Source of the DNA: Octopus bimaculoides
Taxonomy: Eukaryota
DNA length: 64,000 nt
Direction of reading: 5' to 3'
NCBI RefSeq assembly: GCF_001194135.2
Contig: NC_068997.1
Coordinates: forward strand, 11,487,231-11,551,230
This document shows, in pieces, positions 39,253 through 52,819 of the stretch (the stretch's first letter is position 1; each line of letters opens with the position of its first letter). The position numbers were made by a program, and so were the translations under genes. Under the pieces are notes generated by a model, which did not search any database, had not been told where the DNA came from, and saw only the letters and a list, made by a program, of their open reading frames with translations.

Positions 39253-39447
39253 AGCAGCGTGGAAGGTGTTTATAAGCCATTTAAAAACACGAGAAAACCG
39301 TTAGATTCACTGCAACATTTACATTTCATTCCGTGCTGCACAGAATTTTGTCAGTGAACAGGTCGCGGTCACAAAGCGAGGAAAATATTTTGGCAAATTA
39401 AATTTAAACGTTGAAGTGAATCTAACGGGTTTTGCGTGTTTTTTAAA
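39253..39447. mobile_element. Foldback/MITE-like element with 47-48 bp imperfect inverted repeats
   Basis: 39280-39326 versus the reverse complement of 39400-39447; identical core ccgttagattcact. Confidence 0.65.
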
Positions 39448-39494
39448 CGAAAGTAATTAAAGCGAAAATAATTGTTTGTTATACTAAAACCGTG

Positions 39495-39538
39495 AAGGCA
39501 GTGCCTCATCATGGCCGTGATCTAATGAATCAAACAAG
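39495..39538 (+). mobile_element. SINE family C, short diverged tail fragment
   Basis: aaggcagtgcctcatcatggccgtgatctaatgaatcaaacaag resembles aaggcgttgctccagcatggttgcagtcaaatgactgaaacaag (reverse complement of 40860-40905). Confidence 0.5.
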
Positions 39539-40850
39539 AACACAGAAAGAAAGTAAAAAAGAAAAAAAGAACGAATAGGATAAGGACTTCGTGTACAAAT
39601 ACAAATGCATTCGTTTTAAAATTATAGTCAACTGTTAATTATGCTGATTGAAGCAGCTAACTCTACGGTCAAAACATGAAACATCTGACTGCAAAACGAA
39701 ATTTATGACCATATGAGCACAATTTACACTCTGTATAAGGATATATGGGAAATATATTAAGAGTATTTCATAAGTTTACTTTACATGTTTTCAGAATGTG
39801 AAGTGTCTTTGTTTATATTCATGAAAATAAAGAGAACCAGTTGAATATTTATATACACAAGGTGGAATAGTTATCCAAATAAGGTTGATGATTACGTCAT
39901 ATGATGTTAATACATGAATAAGAAAAAGGCGGTTAGACACAAAACACTTGTTTCCTGTATTTTGGAGAATGAGAAACAAAATGATGCATAAATAGGTAGC
40001 ATAATTTTTAGGTTGCACTACTGTTACAAATAATCTGTTTAAAAAAATGTATACATGTGTGGCTGCACGCAAATATACTGAATCACGTGTATGTGTGTGA
40101 GTTTATGAGCTCCTGTGCGCATGCGTGTGTGGTGTATGAGTTTCTATGTGAGCGTATGTGTATGCGCGTATTTTTCGAAATTTCTTTCCTGTCATTTCTC
40201 ATTTCCTGTTCCTGTCTTGCAACTTTACACACACCGATATATGTACGTTATATACGGATTTTAATCAAGATTCAAGAAACGTGCATAAAAGTGGTTTTTA
40301 TATCGTGTGGAGAAATACTTTTGGCCTACCATACAAACACGTGTGTGTGAAAAACGTCAAAGGAAGATAATTACTGACAAATGAAGGAAAATGATTGAAT
40401 GTCAAATTGGCAGAAGAATTATTTGTGCGTACACAGGCAAAAGCCTCCCACTCTCTCACTAATGCACATGTACACATGATTATATATTGTCACATACACT
40501 TATACACACACACACGCGCGCACGCGTACACACACACACACACACGCACACACACGCACACACACACACGCACATTCTATTATTATTCTTTTTAAAGAAC
40601 ACAACTCTACGGATATCTCTTTCTCTCTCTATATATATGTGTGTTTGCCTGTCTGTGTGTTTGCTTGTGTATATGTGTGCGTGTTTGTGTGTGCGTGTAT
40701 GCGTGTATGTGGACGTGTGTGTCAGAGACGGTATGTATATATACATATATAGTGACAGACAAAACGATATGTACGGAAGACTAAAACTAAGAATTATATT
40801 ATTATACTCGTTTGAAATTCATCGTATCATTTTATTCATATCCTTAACTT

Positions 40851-41063
40851 TACTCTTTTACTTGTTTCAGTCATTTGACTGCAACCATGCTGGAGCAACG
40901 CCTTTAGTCAGGAAATCGACCCCAGGACTTAGTCTTTGGATGCCTAGTACTTATTCTATCGGTCTCTTTTGCCGAACCGCTATGTTACGGGGGCATAAAC
41001 ACACCAGCATCGGTTGTCAAGCGACGTCGGGGGACAAACATAGACACACAAACATATACATAA

Positions 41064-41094
<31 letters not shown>

Positions 41095-41358
41095 NNNNNN
41101 NNNNNNNNNNNNNNNNNNNNNNNNNNNNNNACATACATACATACATATACATATACAGATACACATACAGACACCCGTATATATATACATATATACGACG
41201 GGCTTCTTTCAGTTTCCGTCTACCAAATCCACTCACAAGGCTTTGGTCGGCCCGAGGCTATAGTTGAAGACATTTGCCAAGGTGCCCCGCAGTGGGACTG
41301 AACTCGGAACCATGTGGTTGGTAAGCAAGCTACTTACCACACAGCCACTCCTGCGCCT
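40851..41358 (-). mobile_element. SINE family C, complete, with an internal microsatellite spanning an assembly gap
   Basis: The minus strand begins aggcgcaggagTGGCTGTGTGG (A box) ... GAGTTCAGTCCC (B box), then body, then a (TA/TG/TATG)n block with an N-gap, then the 3' half ending gaaacaagtaaaagagta. Confidence 0.9.
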
Positions 41359-42484
41359 GTTTATTTTTGACACACTTGTCTTCGTCTTTTGTTTTTGTTT
41401 TTGTACATTCTCAAACTATATATATATATAATTTATTTGTGAGTAAACTTGGCTATCGATGGTTTCTGGTATAGAGGAATCTCCTTGCAAATATCAAGCC
41501 TTCCACATGGGAAATGGAAACGTATATAAACACACATATATGTGTGTATGTATACACACGCATACATACATACATACATATACATATACAGATACACATA
41601 CAGACACCCGTATATATATACATACAGTCAGACGTTCACTATATTTCATATAGGAAAAGCAGATATACAGACAGATAGGATAACCAGCCATTACCTTTTG
41701 TTATAAAGGTTATGACTTAGAATAGCGAGCTATGTCTGCTAGGTTTGTAAAAAATTCAAAAGCAGTATTATTCCGTATAATTCACATGAAAGATAACAAA
41801 GAACATGTAAACAAAAGGTGAATAAACAACTGTACACAGAGGTATTAAATGTTTGTGCTAATCAACAACTCCATGAAATGGAAAACTCACTCATACATTT
41901 CACTGGTAGACACTTTTTATAGCATCTGATTGTTATTATATGATAGGTAAATGTGAAAGGTGCAACATCATGTCAAAGTTCGCATATACACGATTAATTC
42001 CTTTCATTTACATAGTATTGAGTTGACGACAAAGTTTTCTATTCCAAATCACAGAGTTAATACTGGTGAGAAATATATTTACAACGTAAACAGACAGGGG
42101 AAAATATTCTTAATTACATAGACAATACTCTAAAGATATTCAACAGTTTACAAAGTTAATATTGTCTTTTGAATCGTACGTATTCTCTCTTAAAATATTT
42201 CCTCCTTTACGATAAAGACGTACTTCGTTATTAACTGTTTGTCTCTAATATGTGAATAAAAGTATGGCTAATTAATTTATAGCATAATCAACCAAAGTGA
42301 GATAATGTCACATCTTTCGTGGTATATGGTTACTAAACTAATATTTTTATATGTAGAATTACGTTGTATCACAAGGAATTTACTAATAATGCATTACATC
42401 TTACATGATCAAACAGTCAACTCAAACCCTCATTATGTAATTATATACGAGTGTGTGTATGTATGTGTACGTGTATGTATAAAC

Positions 42485-42515
<31 letters not shown>

Positions 42516-44599
42516 TCCATATATACATTAATATATACATAAGCAAATATATATATCCATCCATCTCTCTCTCTCTCTCTCTNNNNNNNNNNNNNNNNNN
42601 NNNNNNNNNNNNNNNNNNNNNNNNNNNNNNNNNNNNNNNNNNNNNNNNNNNNNNNNNNNNNNNNNNNNNNNNNNNNNNNNNNNNNNNNNNNNNNNNNNNN
42701 NNNNNNNNNNNNNNNNNNNNNNNNNNNNNNNNNNNNNNNNNNNNNNNNNNNNNNNNNNNNNNNNNNNNNNNNNNNNNNNNNNNNNNNNNNNNNNNNNNNN
42801 NNNNNNNNNNNNNNNNNNNNNNNNNNNNNNNNNNNNNNNNNNNNNNNNNNNNNNNNNNNNNNNNNNNNNNNNNNNNNNNNNNNNNNNNNNNNNNNNNNNN
42901 NNNNNNNNNNNNNNNNNNNNNNNNNNNNNNNNNNNNNNNNNNNNNNNNNNNNNNNNNNNNNNNNNNNNNNNNNNNNNNNNNNNNNNNNNNNNNNNNNNNN
43001 NNNNNNNNNNNNNNNNNNNNNNNNNNNNNNNNNNNNNNNNNNNNNNNNNNNNNNNNNNNNNNNNNNNNNNNNNNNNNNNNNNNNNNNNNNNNNNNNNNNN
43101 NNNNNNNNNNNNNNNNNNNNNNNNNNNNNNNNNNNNNNNNNNNNNNNNNNNNNNNNNNNNNNNNNNNNNNNNNNNNNNNNNNNNNNNNNNNNNNNNNNNN
43201 NNNNNNNNNNNNNNNNNNNNNNNNNNNNNNNNNNNNNNNNNNNNNNNNNNNNNNNNNNNNNNNNNNNNNNNNNNNNNNNNNNNNNNNNNNNNNNNNNNNN
43301 NNNNNNNNNNNNNNNNNNNNNNNNNNNNNNNNNNNNNNNNNNNNNNNNNNNNNNNNNNNNNNNNNNNNNNNNNNNNNNNNNNNNNNNNNNNNNNNNNNNN
43401 NNNNNNNNNNNNNNNNNNNNNNNNNNNNNNNNNNNNNNNNNNNNNNNNNNNNNNNNNNNNNNNNNNNNNNNNNNATATATATATATATATATATATATAA
43501 ACATATACATGCATATATACTTCTCGAGTGTTAAACTATTACACCTGCTTGTTCCTTCGCAAGTCTTCGTGTGAGAAGTTAGATGAGCAATTGCCATAGC
43601 CGTCCCTCGCATGAGAGTACAACTTCGCATCATGTATGATGCCTTTGTCCGGCGTTCCTAGTGGCCAGCACATAAAGAAAGTTACTGGGCTGCTCATCAT
43701 TCATAATGTAAAACTAACTACATTGTTGTTGTATATAATGCTCAGCTTTGATAAGAATCCTACCTATGAACCTATATTCGTGCTTACATGGATACGAACG
43801 TACATGCATGTGTGTGTATATATGTATGTTTGTGTCAGAGTGTGCGCGCGCTCCTGTATGAGAGCGTGAGTGCATTTCGAAAATAAGCAATGAGAGGCAA
43901 GTGGCATGTATTGGCACTACGAAGTCGAATAAGGTTATATAAACTCCATTGAAGATAAGCTTGTGATTTATTGAAAATATGTTTTTTCCATGGAATGCAC
44001 AGTAATCCGTTTCATATGGCGGCGAAGCCAAATGAGCAGCGATGATTATCTCAAAAATAATTAATTGCTCCAAATTGATTTGCCATTCATGAAAAGAGAA
44101 TCTGATCGGGAGCAGACAAGAAGAAAGTCCTGAACACTTTTTCTGCTTCACTTATTGCCATTAACACAGTAGTTGCTCTACCCATCTTCAGATATAAAAT
44201 ATCTTAATTTGTGCTTTACTCATCTTCAGAAAATAAATAACTTAATTTGTGATCTATCATATGGCATGAGAAGAATAGTGAGTCTAATTTCATATGACTT
44301 TCAAAAATGTATGAATGGTATGAAAGAAAAAGTATTTCGTAGAATATATACTGCAAATCGTGAATAAACTACACGCCAGTTATGCTATCCCTACGGAGAA
44401 GCACTAGGCCATTGCATCGCTAACCGCTAAAGTGATAAAGGAACGCGTAATTCTATGCACCTCAAATAACTTCTGTGACTTAGTTCACAAAGTAACTTGT
44501 TTCCGATTTCCTCGGCTAATCCATGTGTGCACATACATACGAACGCAGAAACACACACAAATGTATGTATATTTGCTCATGCATCTATATATATATGGA

Positions 44600-44633
<34 letters not shown>

Positions 44634-46128
44634 TTTCAGTGTCTGTGTATGTATGCTTGTGTATATATGTATCTATATATGTACGCAGTAGACAATAAAT
44701 TCAAAGGAGGTGTAAAGTTTAACAAATACTGTATTAACTTAAAGCTTAGAGCGGAGAAAAAAGAGACCTATAATTATAAGGGCCATACCCATCAATACAA
44801 AGTGCTAACACGTGTTTTTGGATCAAACTTGTATACTACACAACTATGTGGATCTGCAAATTCAAGAATTTATTGAAAGAAATCAAATCAAAACAGAATA
44901 AAAGAATCATTGTAACGCAAATGTATTATTCATTGAATTTATGCATTGAAGTGAATAATTTTAATCATATTAACATAGTACAACTGATTAAAATTCCACA
45001 TATTTTGGCAATTCTGTAAATGTTTTGTGTTTTGGGCTAATTTTAGCCTGATAGAAATCTAACCTTGTTCATTTTCTCTGTTCTGACGTATTTCATCACT
45101 GTCTAGGTTATTCCTTATACCCTTTTCTGTTTTATGATCTATGCATTCTGATACATTTGTAGCCATTTCTTGGAGGATGTGCGGTGAAATAAACATTTTT
45201 TCATAGTCATTCTAACCCCGCCGTATTATAATCACGTTTCCACATCCCAATTTTTTGTTTTATCTCTACGGGGGTCGAGACGTTGGTACAAACTTAGCCA
45301 ACTATTCCTCAACATCGTCTCATATATGAAAACTACATTTTAGGCTTTAGAAACGTAATTCTCCATTTGAACCAACTGCCTGAGTGATAAGAATTATAAT
45401 GCCATTGATAAAACGTTTGCTTCATCAGGGTGATGTGGTTTGAAAGAACAATGACTGGGAGAAATGTTATAAATATATATGTAAATCCACATCTGTTTCC
45501 GTGGTAACGCCAACCAAAATATCTTGCTGTCACTGCATTACCTGTTTTTGTGGATTAGCGAAAACCGACAGTCAACTTGTCAGAATGATGACATTGCAGA
45601 TATTTCCGTAAGATACTAATTTAAAATAGAAATCTGCTCACAAATTCGCTAAAACTACGAATTTTATTCAATGCATAGTTTACTATTATTGAAAATGCCT
45701 TTTGAAGAATGTATGTTCAATTTCATTTAGAGCAATAATGTCTGTGTGCCTATGTGTGTACGTGTTAGTGGTGTATGTGTTTGGGAGTATTAGTGTGTAC
45801 GCACATACATTTTTGTGTTTATTTCCATTTCATATCAGGCGATCGACTGTCAAGTTTTTTAAATGTATTTTTACAAGCTTTTTTGAATAGCAATGTTATA
45901 CTTCATTGTTTATGATCTTTCGCACGTTCTTCGGCTTTGCATTTTCTATACGTCTCGTTCTTTAATATTCTTTCCAAAGTAAACGGGCGCGCACGCGAAA
46001 TAAACTTAAAATTTTGCCAACTGAGACGTTTGAAATTGCTTGCGAACATTGCGCTTGCGACCTTGTAAAAGAAAGATTTGATGAGTTTAATACTTTATTA
46101 ACCATGCAAGGGTTTCGCNNNNNNNNNN

Positions 46129-46210
46129 AAGGCAGCGGACTCGCGATCGGAGAGGATCGAGGTTTCGATTCCCATACCGGGTAGTCCTTGTGTGTGCTTA
46201 TTGACTAAAA
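46129..46210 (+). mobile_element. SINE family A-related head fragment
   Basis: ggcagcggactcgcg...ggatcgaggtttcgattcccataccggg matches the heads at 20495 and 56777. Confidence 0.75.
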
Positions 46211-48446
46211 TGTGTGTTTATTGTGTGTTTATGGCCAAAATAAATTTTCCATTGTCGCATGTTACCCTGTGGAGTTGAGTTCTTTACTTTCATTGATACT
46301 TGATTTAGCGTTCAAATGTATATCTACAGACACTACTCCTAGCCTCAGATAACATGGACGAAACTTTAAATCTTGCGAATCTGAACCACTCTGCTATTAA
46401 AGATATGTGTAACTCATAAAAGTTTGATATTTACTATGTGCACTTGGACACAGAAATATATGCATGCATGTATACATATCTACATATACATATATATATA
46501 CATGTATATATAATATGTGTGTATAAATAAATATATATAAGCACATAAGTATGTATATTGTGTATGCATCTGTGCATGTTTCATATGCCCTAGTGTCTAC
46601 TATCACTTTTGAATATAGCTAAGACAAATGATAAGTAAAAATAACTTTTAAGAAAAAATATATTAACGATATTTAATGTTCCTAAAAAATGGCTTGACTG
46701 TTGTGTTGGTGCAAGAATGTAAATAATTATAAAATGTTTCCTACTATAAACTACATACAACATAATATATACATGTTTAAAGAAACTGAACAGACTCTTT
46801 TATTTCTCGTTGAAATGGTCTTAGTCGCCTTTACATTTACTTCTGCCAATGGGTACACTGCAAATATTTTATGGCATTTTCAAGGCTTTAAGTATTCTTT
46901 TTATTTATAATTTTTTCAAATATTTTGCATAGTTATGAAGCACAGATTTTACTTTCTATTTCAGACCTATAAATAAAACATGAGCATATTTTTTTCTTTT
47001 AATATTATGTATTTCATTTCAACAAAATTTTAATGTATATTTTTCCCCAAACACATACTTCATTTTTCATTTTAATAGAAATATGTGTACATCCATTAAT
47101 GGGAAATATGAATACAAACTTCAAAATCCTATACAAAATTGTGCTTCTGGCTCTTATTGTAGTTTCTAGAAACTGAAATTTTTATTTGGAAAGAATTCCT
47201 TTCGATGCTATATTGTTTTATTTATTTATTTTATTTATTTTTTAGCAGTGATATTTTATAACTACTGATTCCAAATCTTTAGACTTAAGGATATGGAGAA
47301 ACAGAAACTTTTAAAAAATGGCATTAAAATCGTTACTATACATAAAGACATCGTTGAAATCAGGTGATATAAGCTTAATCATTCATTTTGTGAGTTGGAA
47401 AATATAAACGCCATTAGAAAAGTCGGGTCTTCTTGCATACAATATGGGAATGGTCTTGTATTTGAGAGTAATATACGTGAATATAAATGCATAAATAAAA
47501 TTCACTGATGCAGAAGTAGGACGCCGAATATATCCCGTACACTGTTTTGTAATGTACTTTAAATTTTCGGATGAAAAGCGTCGAGTTTTCATGTTTTGTT
47601 TTGAAAGTAACAGCGACGATATAAAAGTTGACTGCGTTGGTTTTAACAAAATGCTGAACTAGATTATTTTCAGTATTATATGCTTTATTATTTTTTACTT
47701 TCCATTTTCTTTGCCTTCACAATACTAAAAAATACATGCTAGGCAAATACAATCATTCTTATATTGATTTCTTCATTGAATCAACTTCTCTCAAAAGCTG
47801 ATGTAACGTAGTTCATTAATGCTTATTTTACACAGCCACAAATCGACTGCAGGTAAATATGTACATTACGGTCATTGATTATCTATTATATATGCTTTAT
47901 GTGGAACCCTCTTATCCAGTGTTTAACCTTTTTCTAAGAATGTAATTCGGAGGAATTTAACACAATTGTGTTGCCATTTATATCACATCATGGCACTACA
48001 TTTTAGACAGCAATACGTCAGTGGGAATATTAAAAAGATATATGAAATGAATTTTGTGTACAGCAGAGGGAGGTTTTGTTATGTCAGAAAAGAACGGTAG
48101 ATGGAAACGGAAGTAGGTGGAAAAGGAAAGTGTCTGGTAGTGTATAAGACACAAAAAAATCGTGAGCAGATGTAGGGCACACATATATGCATGTATATGC
48201 ATGTATGTATATATCTATATACATGTGTGTGTTCGTGTGTGAGCGCGCCCCTGTGTGTGTGTGCATGTGCGTGTGTGTGTGCACATGTGTCTACTCTCTT
48301 TTATCTGTAAATATTTGAAGACTTCCAGTAAGGGACTGGTTTCGAACAAAGATACAAGGCTCCTTCGGAATATAGAGTACAAAAACAAATTCACACTTTT
48401 AACATGAAAACCACACAATGGGTAGATAAATATGACTTTGTATGCA

Positions 48447-48678
48447 TTAACCATTAAGTCCCGGAGTACTTAAATTTCTGAATATTACTTTAAAATTTCT
48501 ACAGATGATTGAAAATAGGTTGAAATGAAAAATAATAATTATTAAAACTCATTTACTTCAACTAGAAATGGAAATACTCGATGTCCTATAAATAGGACAC
48601 AGAGACAATGTGATATAGCTTATTTTAAGGTTCTCATTTTATGTCCTATTTATAGGACAGTGGGACTTAATGGGTTAA
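48447..48678. mobile_element. piggyBac-type MITE with TTAA TSD
   Basis: TTAA-ccattaagtccc ... gggacttaatggg-TTAA. An 18-bp internal inverted repeat tgtcctataaataggaca (48582-48599) / tgtcctatttataggaca (48642-48659) is placed asymmetrically. Confidence 0.85.
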
Positions 48679-49924
48679 TTAGTGTTGTGTATGTGCATTC
48701 ATGTATGTATGTGAGCGTAGGGTTTGCACAGGCAACTTAAGAGTTGTATTAATGCGTCTATTTTCAGAAAGAGAGGTGCATGCCCCAGCGTGAGGATGTA
48801 TGTGCAGTTCACTTAGCATATGGAGATGTGAATGAGTAAGAGAGCGTGTGTGTGAGTTTGTATGAGTGTGTGCGTGTGTATGTGTGTCTACTTGTGTATG
48901 TGTGCGCGTGCGTTCGTGTGTGAAAGAGCATTAAGAGAGAAAGTGTTATCAATAAAAGTAAATGCGATTCTTAATGCAAGCCACGTTTCCTATACTTAGA
49001 GAGAAGATAAATTTTGGCTATATTTTAAAGCAATATTGCAAAAATAACTTGATGAAAGTGCAAAATAGCAAAGTAATATGGCAGAAAACAGAAGACAACA
49101 AGTCTTGTCGCTAATTTAGAGCATTGTTTTGCCGTATTAAATTGTGTCTATCTGCATTTCTCCAGCGAGTACTTTTTGTATACGAGTAAACATTAAATAG
49201 TAAGCTAGCATTCATGCTTTTAGTTATGGTATTTATAAAATTTTGCTTTTATATTATTTGCTATAGATGTCGAAAAGACATTTAGTTATCTGTTTTTTAG
49301 CATATTTTGCCATGTCATTTTTATGATATTGTGTCGCATTGCTGTAAACCAAACCGACTTAGTCCCCTGTATACATTTTGCTTGAGCTATTCTAAGAGAA
49401 AAATCAATTTTGTTTTTTGTTAAATGATGGGGAATTTGTTTTGAAATTATTAAATTAGCACTATTAGTTGTTTACATAGAAAAGAAGAGCTATTATGAAA
49501 TATTTTGAATTGGATAATATCGCTCACCAAATGGACCATATCACATATTCATTGTCCCAGGAATGGATGCAATACGAAAACCTCAATGTAAGGTCAATTT
49601 AGAAACTAGGGTAAATAACGAAAACCCCATGCACTGATATATTAGTTGGTCAGCCAATTCCACCACACGATAGTCAATAATATATTATCGATTTCTCTGT
49701 CAGTTTCTTTGTCATTTCAGATTTAGAATTATAATTAATTAATTATGTTTAATTTCTATCCGATTTCATGTGGACATTTTGTCTCTAATTCCCATTCAAA
49801 TTTGATTATTCAAATTTACCGAAAAAATCGCAAAGATGACAAGGAAACAAAAATGTTAATCAATTATTAATTTTGTTCTTGTTTAATTGTTAACTCCATT
49901 ATTTGTTATAATCACTATCCTTTA

Positions 49925-49957
49925 TTATTATTATTCTTCTTCTTCTTCTTCTTCTTC

Positions 49958-50028
<71 letters not shown>
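49925..50028. repeat. (TCT)n(TAT)n microsatellite
   Basis: Direct reading. Confidence 0.95.
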
Positions 50029-52819
50029 GCCATTATAATTGATATTATCATTAATTTGTATATAGAGGTAATGATCATGCAGGCAGTAAAAAATTTAATT
50101 AGTTGCTGCTTTTCTCTTCCGTACATCACATTTCAACGCCGATTTCCTAATTCATGGGCTTTCTGTTGTTTCCTTTTCTCTTTATTTTGTATAGTAATGA
50201 ACAAATAACCTAAAAAAATACTATTATAAGATATAGTTTCTATACTAGTAATTAACATTGTTTCTCGATTAGAAATGGTTACTTATTGACTATTGCTTAC
50301 GTACTGAAACAAGCTCCCCTTTTTCTTTCCGTCTAAAAACGTTGCATCGTATTATGAAAACGTACGATCCATTTCAAAACTTTCCCTTATGATATTAAAT
50401 AACATAATGCCATAAAAATATATCCACACATACGCAAATTATTTGGAGATACATATGTATATATATAAATATATACAGACACACACGCACTAGCAGACAT
50501 GCACATACAAACACACAGAGAAACAGACTGACAGACAGGCAGACAAGCAGACAGACTTGCATTCCTATGTTTTAGGTATTGATAATCTTGCCACATATAA
50601 CTTTACAGAATATGAAATAATCATATAATTTCTGTTTCAATTTTTCTGATACGAACTAGTCTGTATGAAACGCTACTGTATACTTGATAACATGTACTTA
50701 TTCCGAAGACACAGTGATTTCTTAATTATATACTTCTGAAAATATTATACATAACTAGAAGCAAATACACACGAATCCTTAAAAAAAATATTCAATAAAC
50801 GTAGGAGTCATAATATATCACATTTGAAGAATTGATATTTAAGGAACACTCCACGCGAGAGAGATAGATCTGACTGGAAGAGATATATCTGTTCTTGTTA
50901 AATTCTCTTTCATGTGATGGTTTCCTCCCTTTGTTTCATGAAAGATTTCTTGAAATCCTTTTGTGTATTGGCTTGGAGTGAATAGCATATGTCTTGTAAT
51001 TTATGGAGTAAATATAAGTTTTATATGCAGGAGCTTGTGGTTATTATGCATAATTTGAACTTAGTTCGTTTCATATCTATAATGAGGATAGGATAAAATT
51101 GAATTTTTCTTGATGATCTCTGCAGGATTTGAATAAATACAGCCAAGCATGTTCCTGATATACAAATAAATTCTTCATAAAAAAAAAGTATTGCACAATC
51201 TACATTTGTGTCTCTTTCTTTTTCACTTAATTTCATTGATTAATGCGTAAATATGATACTGATAGATATCCACTGATAGATATGGTATTATAAAGCAGGT
51301 ATTATCTTTAATGTATAACCCGTTTATAAATTGAATTGCGTGGCAACTGATTAATATTTAAAGAATAACCTTTCTGAATCGATGATGTGGCCACCATGTT
51401 GAACCTAACGTAAAAATGCAAAGTGTATTACATGTGCACTGAGTAATTTGTAACTGCATACGTCCTTTGATTTAAGCTTTTATCAGTCTTAAAAACAAAT
51501 TTAAATCAGGAGTTATGAAACTCAACACTCTTTCTATGAGTACTAGCAGTTCCTATCATCCATTTTGACCTCTAAAATGTATGCATCGTCTTACACTATT
51601 AAGTTAGCTTCAAATAAATTTTGTTGTGGAACACTATGTATTTCATAAATGAGTTTTGCTTACTGTGCATATTTTACCGAACACGAGTGTGATTTCATTG
51701 AAATTCATGAGTTAGCAAATCACGCGATACACTAACATTAAATTCAGGATAATAAATATATATAAACTCGAATGAATGTTGAAATGAGCCAAAGGAATAA
51801 ATAATTGGATGTGTTTGGTTCGATTACTATTTACTTCGAACAACTGGAAGGAAAACAGTAGGCAGAAACACATCAGTAGATAGAAACACATCACACATGG
51901 GACAACTTGAAATGTTAGGGTTATAATTATTTGAATAATCAACGGATTATAATTAAGTTTATGATGAATGAATTACGCCATTATTGAAGGATATTTTGAA
52001 CAAATGCCAGTTCTTGAAGTTATGTATTTATCGTATTTTAAATGCACTGGGAAGTTTAGGTAATCAATCATCAGGTTATAAAATCGAAACGTATTAACAA
52101 ATGGAATCTAAAATCAAATATATACGCTTATATCCTATAACAGAATTAGAAAAATGAATAAGTTTTGAAGTAATTCCCTGCAGTATATCGATTCCAAAGA
52201 AATTATGTTGCAGTAATTCATTTGAAATTCTCTAACTTTTAAGAGTTACTAGGTCAATTCTATATTGCTTTCAATACGAACAATTTTCCGGTTCAGTTAT
52301 ATTTGGGGAAAATGTTTCAAACTTTAAACGTAATATCCTAACAATCAGCAAATACTCTCGCTAATATATTAAAGTGGTAATCTTATATGCACACACACAC
52401 ACACACAAACACAGAGACAAACACTTATGTATAAATTATTTTTTTAGAAAGACATATGTCCAGAGAAGCACACTCTAAGACATAAAGCAGTCTATATTAA
52501 TTACTGGTGAAGGCCGGTTTATAGGGATACCATGGGTTCCTCGCCATAAATAGTACCTTTATGGCGTATCTTAAGACCCTAAGACCTGTTGGCCTATGGC
52601 CTTGTTAAACTATGTATCGTTTACCCTCCATATTNNNNNNNNNNNNNNNNNNNNNNNNNNNNNNNNNNNNNNNNNNNNNNNNNNNNNNNNNNNNNNNNNN
52701 NNNNNNNNNNNNNNNNNNNNNNNNNNNNNNNNNNNNNNNNNNNNNNNNNNNNNNNNNNNNNNNNNNNNNNNNNNNNNNNNNNNNNNNNNNNNNNNNNNNN
52801 NNNNNNNNNNNNNNNNATT

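Noticed and set aside
43714-44151. 145-aa minus-strand ORF
   Set aside because: Partly microsatellite, no motif, and a length expected occasionally by chance across six frames.
52542-52566. 9-bp hairpin cgccataaa-tagtacc-tttatggcg as a Helitron 3' end
   Set aside because: No correctly placed CTRR followed by T, and no 5' TC end identified.
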